Shown here piece by piece: positions 30,775-41,795 of a stretch of DNA of 64,000 nucleotides. The position numbers and the translations under genes are program-made. Position 1 is the stretch's first letter; each line of letters starts with the position of its first letter. Source of the DNA: an uncultured Clostridia bacterium (GTDB lineage Bacteria > Bacillota > Clostridia > Christensenellales > CAG-917); contig CANPWB010000003.1 of the NCBI GenBank assembly GCA_947581925.1, forward strand, positions 10,723 through 74,722, written 5' to 3'. The notes below the pieces were generated by a model that worked only from the letters and a program-made list of their open reading frames with translations, searched no databases and was not told where the DNA came from.

Positions 30775-33330
30775 ATGATAGACAAATATTTGCAAGGGTA
30801 TGAGTGTGAAAATTGCGCGGCTCCGCTGGACTTGACAACGGCAAAAAACGGAGTCATACGATGTCCCGCTTGCAGACGGGAGATCCCCGTGCCGGACAGC
30901 GATTGCTCCAAGGAGCTTTTGGCGCAGCTGAGCATTGCGGACCACGAGCTTGCCAATTGTGAATTTGACAGAGCGTACGAGGCGTACAAAAAGGCGACGG
31001 AGATGGACTCCGGCAACGCGCTCGCGTATTTTGGCAAGGCGCTTGCCAGGGCGCAGATACAATATCTTAAGGACGAGGCAAACGATCCGCCCGTTATGCG
31101 TCCCATATGCCATCGCATATCGCGCGAGATGTTCACGGAAAACGCGGATTATCTCCAGGCGGTCAAGCTGGCGGGGGACGAGCAGAGCGCCGTCTTGCGC
31201 GCCCGCGGCAGAGAGATAGACCAAATACAAGAGACGTTTTATGATTTGCAAAAAAATGGCGTGGACTATGACGTTTTTATATCCGCCAAGATAAGCAGAC
31301 CGGATGGCTCATATACGGATGAAAGCCATGACGCAAGCAAATTGTATAGCGTCCTCAAGGACAAAGGGTTCAAACCATTTTATTCCGAAAACGAGCTGTA
31401 CAAATTTACAGGCAGCGATTATGAGGCGCACATCCTCTATGCGCTCACTGTATGCACAAGCATGGTGCTCATCTGCTACAACGAGAGCTACCTTGAGACT
31501 CCGTGGGTGAAAAACGAGTATATGCGCTATTCGGAGATGATCCGGAGAGGGCAAAAGGCAAAGGATTCGCTTGTCGTATGCTACAAGGGAGCGTGTATGG
31601 ACAGACTGCCTCATTATGACGGCAAGGTCGAAGGCATAGATTACTCCGGCAGTCAAGGCATGATGCTTGTGCTTGACCATGTCAAGCGCTGTAGCGACGC
31701 AGTCAAAGCAAAAAAGGCCAAGCAGGCGGAAATCGTCCAACAGACGGAAAAAGTACGGCAGCTCAACGAAGAAATACAACTGCAGAGGGCGGCAAACGAG
31801 GCAGAGCGTCTTCGCATGAAACAGCAAAAGGAGAAGGAGAGGATAGATAAGAAGAAACAAAGGAAAGAAGAAAGGCGGCAACGCAAAGAGAACAAGCGAC
31901 AGCGCAAAATTGAACTGGAAGAGTACGAAGTCCAGCGACAAAGAAAAGAGAGCATCACTGCAAGTGTGGTAGAAACGCTTTCTTTCGCGTCGATTATTTT
32001 GGGAGTGCTTGAACTTGCGGGACTCCTATTTATGATATCCTATCCGTTCAGCATACGCATAGTCAATCCCTCCCCAGAATTTACGGCATACGTTGCCGTG
32101 GGAGGTGTGCTTGCTGGGCTTATCCTGCTTCATTGTGTTGTTTGTTTTGTATGCTACAAACAAAACAATGGACTGATTGCAATAGGCACAAGCGTGTTAG
32201 TAGAGGGCATATGGGCGTTCTTTTGCTTTATGATCGGCTGGTATACCCACAATATGCACGATTGGATATGGGTTTATTTTTCCATTGGCGCAGTCATAGG
32301 AGGCTTGATCGTTTTGAACTGGCAAAGCTCCATCTTCGAGAAACAGAGCAATGGAGATACAAGTAGAGAAGATGATGGAATGATAGGGTTCACCGTTTTT
32401 GTGGCAGTCGTGGCAGCATTCTGTCTGTTGGGCGGCTGGCTGTATACGAAGCAAGTCGGTCTCAACGACGGTTACAGCGACGGATTCTATTATGACATAC
32501 TCGACGACGGGTCGCTGTCCGTATTTGTGCGCGATTATGACAGCGAAACGCTGGAGATCCCTGGCGAGATCGACGGCAGAGTGGTTGAAGTGTACAACGC
32601 TCCGATAAAGGGCGGCGGTGACAAATTGAAACATCTTATCATTGGCGAAGGGGTGCAAAAACTGGGGCAGGCAGCATTCAAGGATTGCGTCGGGCTTGAG
32701 GACGTCTATATGGCGGACAGCGTGCGAGAGTTTGACGGACAAATATTTGAAGGATGTTCCGAGCTTTCGACAATTTTGCTTTCGTCCAAGATGACCTATG
32801 TTGTCGAAGATATGTTCAAAAACTGCGTCTCTCTTGAGGACATACAGTTGCCCGATTCGATTTACGAAATCAGAGCGGGAGCGTTTGAAGGATGTTTCAA
32901 ATTGGCGACGATCAATTTCCCGGGAGACCTGACAATCATTGGAGAAAGAGCGTTCAAGGGCTGTGTCGCCATCTCCGAAATAAGTTTGCCTAACTCGGTC
33001 GAGAGACTTGGCGATAATGCGTTTGAAAACTGCCTCGACCTTGAGAGAGTCACTTTGTCTCAGAAACTTACTTTCATCGGCGCAGGCTGTTTCAAAAACT
33101 GTTCGTCCATAAAATCTATGTTCTTCCCGGACAGCCTGAACGAAATCGGAAGTTCGGCTTTTGGCGGGTGCAACATGCTGAAAGAATGTTATTTTGGGGA
33201 AGGAAGCAAGTGGTATTATGAATATACGCCTTTTATCATAACGCGCGAAGAGGACGCATTTTCTTGGAACGACGACATCAACATCATACTCTCGTTTTTG
33301 AGAGGAAACTATCACCTCTTCAAAAGATGA
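30775..33330 (+). CDS. Zn-ribbon/TPR/TIR/coiled-coil/5TM/LRR protein
   Basis: CENC..CPAC; TPR-like FDRAYEAYKKATEMDSGNALAYFGKALA; TIR YDVFISAK..PFYSE..PWVKNEY; five TM helices; C-terminal BspA-type LRRs. Confidence 0.88.
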   Translation: MIDKYLQGYECENCAAPLDLTTAKNGVIRCPACRREIPVPDSDCSKELLAQLSIADHELANCEFDRAYEAYKKATEMDSGNALAYFGKALARAQIQYLKDEANDPPVMRPICHRISREMFTENADYLQAVKLAGDEQSAVLRARGREIDQIQETFYDLQKNGVDYDVFISAKISRPDGSYTDESHDASKLYSVLKDKGFKPFYSENELYKFTGSDYEAHILYALTVCTSMVLICYNESYLETPWVKNEYMRYSEMIRRGQKAKDSLVVCYKGACMDRLPHYDGKVEGIDYSGSQGMMLVLDHVKRCSDAVKAKKAKQAEIVQQTEKVRQLNEEIQLQRAANEAERLRMKQQKEKERIDKKKQRKEERRQRKENKRQRKIELEEYEVQRQRKESITASVVETLSFASIILGVLELAGLLFMISYPFSIRIVNPSPEFTAYVAVGGVLAGLILLHCVVCFVCYKQNNGLIAIGTSVLVEGIWAFFCFMIGWYTHNMHDWIWVYFSIGAVIGGLIVLNWQSSIFEKQSNGDTSREDDGMIGFTVFVAVVAAFCLLGGWLYTKQVGLNDGYSDGFYYDILDDGSLSVFVRDYDSETLEIPGEIDGRVVEVYNAPIKGGGDKLKHLIIGEGVQKLGQAAFKDCVGLEDVYMADSVREFDGQIFEGCSELSTILLSSKMTYVVEDMFKNCVSLEDIQLPDSIYEIRAGAFEGCFKLATINFPGDLTIIGERAFKGCVAISEISLPNSVERLGDNAFENCLDLERVTLSQKLTFIGAGCFKNCSSIKSMFFPDSLNEIGSSAFGGCNMLKECYFGEGSKWYYEYTPFIITREEDAFSWNDDINIILSFLRGNYHLFKR

Positions 33331-33408
33331 TATGCCGCGGCGGGCAGACGTGCGCGAACAGCGGGCTTGTTTTTGCCCCGTATATGTAAACAAAAAGGAA
33401 GAGGATAT

Positions 33409-34323
33409 ATGTTGTCTGCACACATTTACGATGTGATCATTGTCGGAGCGGGACCTGCGGGGCTGACGGCGGGGATATATGCTTGCAGAGGCGGGCTGAA
33501 AGTAGCCGTCGTAGAGGGCGGCGCGACAGGCGGGCTTGCCTCCACCGCGGCTAACGTGGAAAACTATCCCGGCGTGAAAAGCACGGACGGCTTTTCGCTC
33601 TGTTACGCTATGCTCGAGCAGTGCAAGGAGGCGGGCGCGGAGCTCGTATTCGACAGGGCGACGGAGTTCGACCTCGAGGGAGAGAGCAAGCGCATAGGGC
33701 TGGCGAGCAGAGAGGAGCTTTTTGCAAAGCGCGTGATACTCACTGTTGGAGCGTTCCCTCGCAAGCTCGGCCTGGAAGGCGAGGATAGGCTTGCGGGCAG
33801 GGGGATATCCTATTGCGCGACTTGCGACGGTGCGCTGTTCAAAGGCAAGACGGTCGCGGTAGTGGGCGGCGGAAATACCGCGCTCGAGGACGCGTTTTAT
33901 CTTGAGAAACTCGCGGCGAAAGTATATCTGATACACCGTCGCGACGCGCTGAGGGCGGACGCCGTGTACGCCGAGAGGCTGAAGGCAAGCGGCATAACCC
34001 CCGTTTGGGACAGTGTGGTCTCAAAGCTCGTCGGAGAGGAAAAGCTGACGCAAATCGAAGTTAAAAACGTCAAAACGAACGCATTAAGTGAGCTTTTGGT
34101 CGATTGCGTGTTTGTAGCGATAGGGCAGACTCCAAACACTGCCGGACTTGAAAAGCTCGAGAAGGACAGTTACGGCTATATCAAAACGGACGAGGAAATG
34201 CGCACGAATATAGACGGCGTGTATGCCGCGGGCGACGTAAGGAGCAAGTCCCTTCGTCAGATCGTCACCGCATGCGCCGACGGCGCCGTTGCCGCCTCCT
34301 CCTGCATAAAAAGTCTGATGTAA
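33409..34323 (+). CDS. trxB: Thioredoxin reductase
   Basis: GAGPAGLTA, SYCATCDG, GGGNTA, AAGDV. Confidence 0.95.
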   Translation: MLSAHIYDVIIVGAGPAGLTAGIYACRGGLKVAVVEGGATGGLASTAANVENYPGVKSTDGFSLCYAMLEQCKEAGAELVFDRATEFDLEGESKRIGLASREELFAKRVILTVGAFPRKLGLEGEDRLAGRGISYCATCDGALFKGKTVAVVGGGNTALEDAFYLEKLAAKVYLIHRRDALRADAVYAERLKASGITPVWDSVVSKLVGEEKLTQIEVKNVKTNALSELLVDCVFVAIGQTPNTAGLEKLEKDSYGYIKTDEEMRTNIDGVYAAGDVRSKSLRQIVTACADGAVAASSCIKSLM

Positions 34324-34730
34324 GGGCGGCACTCATTGTGAACAAAATCGAGAAAGGCAAACGCGCGGGATATCCCGCGAGTTTTTTTGTGGCTTAACCA
34401 CCGGCTTAGCCGGTGAGGCAGGAAGATCTTTAGCGATGAAGAAAATAAAACCTCCGTGTAAGATGTAAGAGGTTTCGTCAGCCGCAAAATCAATTCATGG
34501 GGGGAACTCATATGAACAAGAAAAGTTTAACATATGATATTGCAAATAGTCAGCATAATAAAAAGGCAAGTAGAGAAATGAATTTGTAACAACAGTATAC
34601 GATAAGCGATAGGATGAAATAAAACGCAGGAAATAAGCACAGACATGCGGCAAGGACGCTATGCGTCTATGCCGGGGAACAGGCGGCAGGCCGCAATGCG
34701 GACGCGTAGCCCACAAAGAGAGACGTCAAA

Positions 34731-35378
34731 TCAAATTGCGGCTTTCAGCAATAGAGCCACCTCATTTGCCATTTTTTCCACATAAAGAGGCGAGACGGAC
34801 ATAAGTTGCATGAGAGCGTCGCCCTTGTTTTCGGCGACGACTCCCAATATGCCGACGTCTCCAAAGCGCTCGTTTTTGCCCTTGATAGCGGCGGGGCAGA
34901 CTCCGTCGGAGCGAACGACTATTTTGCCGACGTTGTCCTTTGTGCCGAGGCTGGCGTCCACGGCGATGAAGAGCGCGCCCTCGTGCGCCGTTTTGATGAA
35001 ATCGAGCCACTCCTTCATATTTTTGCCGTTGACGGAGCAGCTTTCCGTGCCGTAGACAAAGGCGGGGATGTTGTAGCGCGTGGCGAGCAGAGTGCCTACC
35101 ATAGGTCCCAGAGAATCGCCGGATATGGACATAGTGCCGAAGCAGACAATGACGGTCTGCCGTTTTTGGGGAGGAAGAGACGGGGTGAAAAAGGGCGCGG
35201 CGGGCGCGGGACGGTGCTCCGCGGGAGTTTTTGCGGCGCGCTTGCTTTTTGCGGACGGGGTCTTTGCCGTACGATTTTGCGTTTTGGGTTTGGGAGCGTC
35301 CTTGGCGGCGTCGGGGAGAGGCGCAGTATCTTGCAATGCGGCTTTAAGCAAAGCCTGTTCGGGGTCTTTTTTTCTCAT
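34731..35378 (-). CDS. yyaC: YyaC-like spore protease (DUF1256) with low-complexity N-terminal extension
   Basis: IVCFGT..SGDSLGPMVG..VYGT..IAVDASLG; start codon uncertain. Confidence 0.8.
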   Translation of the reverse strand: MRKKDPEQALLKAALQDTAPLPDAAKDAPKPKTQNRTAKTPSAKSKRAAKTPAEHRPAPAAPFFTPSLPPQKRQTVIVCFGTMSISGDSLGPMVGTLLATRYNIPAFVYGTESCSVNGKNMKEWLDFIKTAHEGALFIAVDASLGTKDNVGKIVVRSDGVCPAAIKGKNERFGDVGILGVVAENKGDALMQLMSVSPLYVEKMANEVALLLKAAI

Positions 35379-35654
35379 TTGGGTATTATTGCCAAATTTT
35401 CGGCGGATAATCAATCAGAACCCTTCTTGCCAAAGATGGACGGAGAGAAAGAGTTTTGCGCTTTCGGGCGCGGGTTGTCCACGCAAGCGATAGGAGGATG
35501 GGCGCAAAGTAAAAATTTTGCAAATCTCGAATATGTGCATTTTACTCTTGCATATATTTGCAAAACAGGGTATAATCATTCTATATAAGATAAACTAAAA
35601 ACCTGCGAGCGCAAGTGCGCGCATTGAAAAGCGAGCGCGAGCGTACGCGAAAGG

Positions 35655-36461
35655 ATGAATATGTTTACAACATTGATCGGTGCAGTTCAAATTGCAGACA
35701 TTATAGTGTTTGTTGTGCTGGGGCTCGGGCTTATCGGCGGGCTCATAGGTGGATTGGCGAAAGCATTCAAGGGTCTTTTTGCCTCATTGGCTATTATTCT
35801 GATCTCGCTGTTGATAGTGGGCGTGACGGTAGTGCCCATCAGCTCGACCTCGATAGGGCAGTCTTTGAGCGGTACGTTCGAGGGTAAGGCGGAAGGATGG
35901 GGCGACGCGTTTTCTTCGCCCGTTTACATAATGATGAGCGGCGACGGACAGCCCGTAAAAGACGGCTATTGCGTCGATGTTGGCGGCGAACGCATACAGC
36001 TTGAAAACGCTGCGGGCAGCGGCGCGCTTGCAAAGATAAGAGGCAAGATGGCGCTTGAGCTTGCAAAGAAATATGTGACTGAAGAAAACGAGGGCAAGGT
36101 GATACTTGCAAAATATGCGGCAAGTGAGCTTACAAAGATAATATTTGACGTCGTGCTGTTTGTTGTTTACTGTGTAGCGCTCGGCGTGGTATTTTTCCTG
36201 CTCAGGAAACTGTTTTCACATCTGTTTGGCAGGGACAGCGAGTTTGGCGACGATAGCATCGGGCTTAAAGTTTTGAACAGGACGCTCGGCGCGGTCGTAG
36301 CTGCAGGGTTCGCGCTGCTTGCGTTGCTGCTTATATTTGCGATAATCAAGCTTGCGGCTCCCGACGGCTCGAAGGTGGCGCAATTCTTCGAGAACGCGAA
36401 AGTAGCGGGCGTGCTCTACACCAAAAACCCGATGTCGAAGATCTTTACAAAGCTCTTCTGA
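35655..36461 (+). CDS. CvpA-like membrane protein
   Basis: DIIVFVVLGLGLIGGLIGG at the N-terminus and LNRTLGAVV later, typical CvpA-family motifs. Confidence 0.6.
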   Translation: MNMFTTLIGAVQIADIIVFVVLGLGLIGGLIGGLAKAFKGLFASLAIILISLLIVGVTVVPISSTSIGQSLSGTFEGKAEGWGDAFSSPVYIMMSGDGQPVKDGYCVDVGGERIQLENAAGSGALAKIRGKMALELAKKYVTEENEGKVILAKYAASELTKIIFDVVLFVVYCVALGVVFFLLRKLFSHLFGRDSEFGDDSIGLKVLNRTLGAVVAAGFALLALLLIFAIIKLAAPDGSKVAQFFENAKVAGVLYTKNPMSKIFTKLF

Positions 36462-36557
36462 GGGGCATATTCGGCGAACGGGGTCGCGAGTAGTAAAATG
36501 CAAAAATTCGGACATATTGAATATTGATTTTACGAAAGCAAGAACAAGGAGTTTATT

Positions 36558-39500
36558 ATGAAGGTTTTGAAGGCGACATTGGCATTTGTGATGGGACTCG
36601 TGCTCGGCATAATCCTGCTTGTGCTCGCGATAGGCGGCACGGTCGTCGCGCTCGGCACGACGAGGACGGTGGGAGAGCTCCAATCCGCCGTCACGGATAC
36701 CGAGATAATCTCATCCGACAGCGAGCTTTTCGGTCAATCCGTGCTCGAGGCGGTGCAGAAGGCGCTCAACGATTATCAAAATTTCGACAATATCACGCTG
36801 AAACTGCTGTATGACCGCTATGGCATAAATCTTCTCAAGGGCATAAGCGGGCTGGATTTTTCAAAAAAGAGTTTTTATGACACTCCTCTCACGGAGATCA
36901 TAAACGACTTGTCCCTGCTGCTTGACGACATCTATCTTTCGGATATAGAGTCTATCGCGAAGATGGATTTTTCAAAATACAATCTGCCCATATTGGACGA
37001 GAATATGAACGTAGGCCTCACAAAGGCGATCGACAATATAATGGGGCTTGTCAACGACAACTTGTCCATTCGTACGCTCAAGGCGAAACTCGGTTTTGAC
37101 ATAGGCACGGAGGACAACGGCATTTTGAAGGCTATGCAGGACGTCCGCCTCAACGAGTTGGGCGGACTCATAGACGTATTGCCCATAGGCGTATTGCTCA
37201 CCGCGGACACGGACACCTATCTGCCGAAAGGCGAAATGCAGGTTTACGTAAACGTCGAAGGCACCGCCGAGGAGTGGGAGGAAGTCACTGCTGAGGAGCT
37301 GTCAAACCCCGACTACGCTGCTCCTTTGGGCGTAGAGACCTACATCTCGGGCGGCTTGAATGACGAACTCGTTGAAAAGGAGCTCAGATATTATAAAAAA
37401 GCTGACTCAGAGCCTTATGTGGACAACTCCTGCTACAATGAGGGCTGGACTTGTCCCGAGGGTGTGAAAGTATTGCGCCACAGGTTTTATAAACAATTTG
37501 ACGGCGACGGGAGCGCAGACGGGAAGTATTATGTCGTCTCATACGCCAACCGCGTCAAGACTTTTGACAATGCCGCAAATATTTACGCTTTGATAGTGAA
37601 AGATTTTGTGTCGCTCGACGATATATTTGTCAGCGAGACGGGCGCAAAGCTTGACAAGACGGGTGTCACGAGCGGCAAGCTCGATCTGAGCAATACGGAC
37701 GTCTACTATTTTGAAAAGGCAAAGGAAGGCGAAGAGGGAGCGACGGACAAGTATGTCTTGAGCGACGATTATTCCATTCTCGAAAAAGAGATGAAGAAAA
37801 ACGATATGCTCCGCGTCCCCGACGAGCCCGGCGAGGACGAAGAGGGCAACCCCGTGGAGCCCGCTCACCCCTACATCAATGGGCGCGCGAAGTATGTGCG
37901 CATACATTTGGGCGAGGCGTCGTCGCTTTTGCAATATCTCAACTATTTGACGATCGGCTACATTCGCAACGACACGGACAGCGTGCTTAAATCTTTGCGC
38001 ATAGGCGACATTATAGACACCAACGATCCCGACGTCGCGGACATTCTCAAAGCCCTCAAGGACAGCACCCTCGACTCAATAGGCGAGGACATCAACTCCA
38101 TTCCTTTCGGCGACATGTTTGAACCCGGCGACAGCAAATTGCTCAACGCCATCAAGGATTTCACGCTTGAAAATATGGATGAAAATATAGACTCCCTCAA
38201 GCTGGGCGATATCCTTTCGGAAGAGGACAAGCAGGACAACCAGCTCATCCAAGCGCTTGACGCAAGAGGCTGCACAATAGGAAATATAGGCACCGCGCTG
38301 GATCAACTCACGGTCGGCGAGCTGCTGGACGTGAAGTATGACGTGTACGAAAAAGACGACGCGGGCAATTATATCAAGATCCCCGTCTACGTCAAAATAA
38401 ATCAAGACTTGCTCGATATGGAAAGCGATCCCGACAAGTCCGAAATGTTCGAGCAAGTGTTCGCAAACGTTTATCGACCCGACAAAAACGGAGAAGACGG
38501 AGTTTTGCGCCGCGGCAATTATACTCCCGCCGACGAGGAGACAGGATCCCCCGAGGAATTTGTGGAAGCCGCCGACGGCGAATATATCGAGACGTATTAC
38601 TATCTGTATCAAGATGAGTCATACTTTGATGAGCATGCCGAAGTCGAGCGTTTTAAACGGCAACCCGTGGCAGAGGGAGAGAGTCAAACCGCGCTCGCGG
38701 TTCAATCGCTTGCGCGCCGCGGCGTACCCGCGCTTGAAATGGGCGACTACATCAACGAACTGTCCATAGGCGAATTGATGGAGGTGGACAGCGAGTCCTC
38801 GCAACTGTTTAAGACCCTCGCAAGAAGGGGCAGCACGATGGACAGCATATCCAAGGACATTGACGACCTCGAAGTCGCCGATATGATAGAGATAGGCGAC
38901 GACTCCTCAAAGATCATGCGATCCCTCAAAGCGAGGCATTGCAAGATCGGCGATATGGCGACAATTACGGACGAGTTGACCCTCGATGAGATACTCGACA
39001 TCACGCACGATACGTATGTGCAAGCCGATGACGGCATATATGTGCATGTGACGGATCCCAACAGTTACGTGCTCTATGACGAGACAAATCCCGACAACCC
39101 CGAATGGCGCACAAAATACGTGAAAGTTGAGAAATCCGAAGGCGAGGGAGAATATGAGTATGTGGAGTATGACCCCGAGGATCCGAAACATGAGGGCAAG
39201 ACGCTCTACGTCCACTCCGCATATTATACGCTTTACAATCCCGCCGTACACACCTCTACCACATTGACAATTGGGAAAGGCGAAACGGCAAAGACGGTGC
39301 ATATCCAACCTAAGGCAAATGACGAAGACGCTATCGCGCGGTTTAACAAAATAGAGTACGACGCGTCGCAAGATCCGACGGGAGAAGAAGAGCCGTCATC
39401 CAAGATATTGCAGCGTTTTGCGGGCTCCACAATGGGCGACTTTTCGGGCGCCTTTGACGAGCTCATGCTCTCAGAAGTGCTTGACATAGACCCCGACATC

Positions 39501-41198
39501 TACGCCGAAGTGGGCAAAGACGATATCAAACCTGACAATGACGAAGGCGGGACAGGGGAATACTATTATGGCGAAACTTATGAGGAAAGGGAGCGCCTCT
39601 ACAAGTATGACGACGTCAACAGCGTGTACAGCGTGGCGAGCCAAGCTGATCTGAAGGAAGCGGCGGCGGGCAAGCTGACGCTCTATCGCGTGGAGAAGTC
39701 GGGCTCTTCGACGTCCATTCTCAAAAAGCTCGCCTATGTCAAAGTCAACGAGATGTCCGACGCCCTCGAGACCGTCATGAAGGATATGATGCTCTCCGAG
39801 ATCATCGACATAAACAAATATGACGCCATCGATTCGAGTGGACTTGAGAAATATACAAATCAATCTACGGAGGGGCTTGAAAATAGTCGTTTCTTCGTTC
39901 CGTGGGACGGAAGCTCAGAGATAGACGGCAAGCCTATCGTCTATGTGTACGAGAGTACGGGACAATATATTATGAGGGCTTACTATTATCACCCGATAGA
40001 CGAAAAAAATGCCAAAGAAGTAGAAGAATATCTTGGAGAAAAACAAACAGGATTTTACAAATATGTGAAATATGAAGACCCACAAGGAAATTCGGTAAAG
40101 GAAGCCGCAAACTTGAAAAAAGCTCTTATAGACGGCAACGTGTATTATTCTGAAAACGAGAAGGGGCCTTTTGATCATAATATCGCTCTTGCAACTTATT
40201 TGATCCGCCAAAACAATTGGGACAATCTTTATTACAGGGAAACGAGCTCGGAAAAATTGGATGGAGAAAAATATTTCGAATATTTCTCTTATAAAAATAT
40301 CCCCTCTGACTATAAAGAGAGGATTTATGTAGAAACTTTAGGCAAGAAGACCTTCCCAGATCCGTTGTCTAAAGAGCCCAAGAATATAGAGAGCTATTAT
40401 AATCCTACTAATCCTGCGCATGCCGAATTGACAAAATATGTTAAGTTGGAGGACGGACAAAACCATATCGTGCCACTCAACGAGGACGGATATGATTATA
40501 AAGAAGGTATAGATGTGAGGATCGGCGCGCAATATGCCCAGGAGATAATGATCAAATATCCCGATTTGCCCGCCGCGCAATCAGCCCTCAAAGAGGAAAG
40601 CGAATACAGTGAGTACGAAAAACAAGTGGGTTGCGACAAAGTCTATGTGTATACGCCCGCCACAAACGAATATGTCTTATACAGTGAGTCGGCAGATTAT
40701 GGCGATGATGCGGAATACTACATCAAGAAGTTGGGCTATATCGCGCAAAAAGGGGAAGTTTTCTACAACGAGAATTCTGCCGATAAAACAGCGTTAAACT
40801 TCCAAATAATCCAAACGATGGAAAGAGAGCGCAGCTCCAAAGTGCTTGCGTTGCTTGCGGATAAGACCGTCAACGATATGAACAGCACGATAGAAAATGC
40901 GACGATAGGCGACTTTATGGACGTCACTCCGGGCACTATCTTCGACGATAAGGATATCCGTGAGTCGCAACTGCATGACCTCGGCAACACGCTTGCAAAC
41001 AAACTGGCAACAATAACCATAGGCAAATTGATAGAGTGGGGCAGCATCACCACGATAGACCCCTCCGTCCTCAACATTTTGCACGAAGTCACGCTGACGG
41101 ATTTCTTCTATGCGCTGACGTATGATGACAGCACAGGTATGATCGCATTCGATATGGCAAAGTTGTACGGCATCGAATCTGAGTCAACTGCGCCATAA
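36558..41198 (+). CDS. Large acidic membrane-anchored repetitive protein, 1546 aa
   Basis: N-terminal TM helix; recurring LxIG(D/E)(I/L)...S(K/Q)(L/I)LxxL repeats with Tyr/Asp/Glu-rich inserts; AAGGAG SD. Confidence 0.85.
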   Translation: MKVLKATLAFVMGLVLGIILLVLAIGGTVVALGTTRTVGELQSAVTDTEIISSDSELFGQSVLEAVQKALNDYQNFDNITLKLLYDRYGINLLKGISGLDFSKKSFYDTPLTEIINDLSLLLDDIYLSDIESIAKMDFSKYNLPILDENMNVGLTKAIDNIMGLVNDNLSIRTLKAKLGFDIGTEDNGILKAMQDVRLNELGGLIDVLPIGVLLTADTDTYLPKGEMQVYVNVEGTAEEWEEVTAEELSNPDYAAPLGVETYISGGLNDELVEKELRYYKKADSEPYVDNSCYNEGWTCPEGVKVLRHRFYKQFDGDGSADGKYYVVSYANRVKTFDNAANIYALIVKDFVSLDDIFVSETGAKLDKTGVTSGKLDLSNTDVYYFEKAKEGEEGATDKYVLSDDYSILEKEMKKNDMLRVPDEPGEDEEGNPVEPAHPYINGRAKYVRIHLGEASSLLQYLNYLTIGYIRNDTDSVLKSLRIGDIIDTNDPDVADILKALKDSTLDSIGEDINSIPFGDMFEPGDSKLLNAIKDFTLENMDENIDSLKLGDILSEEDKQDNQLIQALDARGCTIGNIGTALDQLTVGELLDVKYDVYEKDDAGNYIKIPVYVKINQDLLDMESDPDKSEMFEQVFANVYRPDKNGEDGVLRRGNYTPADEETGSPEEFVEAADGEYIETYYYLYQDESYFDEHAEVERFKRQPVAEGESQTALAVQSLARRGVPALEMGDYINELSIGELMEVDSESSQLFKTLARRGSTMDSISKDIDDLEVADMIEIGDDSSKIMRSLKARHCKIGDMATITDELTLDEILDITHDTYVQADDGIYVHVTDPNSYVLYDETNPDNPEWRTKYVKVEKSEGEGEYEYVEYDPEDPKHEGKTLYVHSAYYTLYNPAVHTSTTLTIGKGETAKTVHIQPKANDEDAIARFNKIEYDASQDPTGEEEPSSKILQRFAGSTMGDFSGAFDELMLSEVLDIDPDIYAEVGKDDIKPDNDEGGTGEYYYGETYEERERLYKYDDVNSVYSVASQADLKEAAAGKLTLYRVEKSGSSTSILKKLAYVKVNEMSDALETVMKDMMLSEIIDINKYDAIDSSGLEKYTNQSTEGLENSRFFVPWDGSSEIDGKPIVYVYESTGQYIMRAYYYHPIDEKNAKEVEEYLGEKQTGFYKYVKYEDPQGNSVKEAANLKKALIDGNVYYSENEKGPFDHNIALATYLIRQNNWDNLYYRETSSEKLDGEKYFEYFSYKNIPSDYKERIYVETLGKKTFPDPLSKEPKNIESYYNPTNPAHAELTKYVKLEDGQNHIVPLNEDGYDYKEGIDVRIGAQYAQEIMIKYPDLPAAQSALKEESEYSEYEKQVGCDKVYVYTPATNEYVLYSESADYGDDAEYYIKKLGYIAQKGEVFYNENSADKTALNFQIIQTMERERSSKVLALLADKTVNDMNSTIENATIGDFMDVTPGTIFDDKDIRESQLHDLGNTLANKLATITIGKLIEWGSITTIDPSVLNILHEVTLTDFFYALTYDDSTGMIAFDMAKLYGIESESTAP

Positions 41199-41330
41199 AG
41201 CCAAAGTTTCAAAACCGTACAAATATAATGCAAGACGCAAATCGTTTCAAAAACTGTTGCGCCATAGCAAACATCTCGACTTCCGCCCGCCGCTTGATCC
41301 ACATCAAACGGCGGGCGTTTTATGTCTCCA

Positions 41331-41660
41331 TGCAGGGCTACTCGCCCCGCACGCCCCAATGTTGGCTCCTCGCCCACACCGCGGCAAGGGACTTCGTCCC
41401 CTGCACCCCAAGCTAAAAACGCGAGCTAGGCAAATACTTGCCGTCGCTCGCGTTTTTTGATTGTGTGTAAGGTACAAACTCCAGCGTGAGAGCTTTGATA
41501 ATTGCGTTTGTCTTGTCCAAGCGAATAAACGCAACCTCTGTCCGAGTGTGCCTGTACACGGACGGACGTATTGTCCGAGCGACCCCGCGGAGCGAGCGGT
41601 TTCACGCTAAGTACGCAGTGAGGGCGTGTCTGCACCCCGCGAAATCACTCCGTAATTTCC
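41331..41660 (+). repeat. Composite repeat, copy 8 (A-B-E plus first extension block)
   Basis: Includes TGTCCGAGCGACCCCGCGGAGCGAGCGGTTTCACGCTAAGTACGCAGTGAGGGCG, shared with copies 2 and 3. Confidence 0.88.
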
Positions 41661-41795
41661 GAAAAACCATTTCTCAAAACTGTCGCAGGCACATCTTCAC
41701 GACGAAAGATGATCAAAATCAATGTGATTTTTATGTTTGTATAAAATAAATCACGGCGCACATACTAGCCATAGCACAAAAAAGGAGGTGCATTT

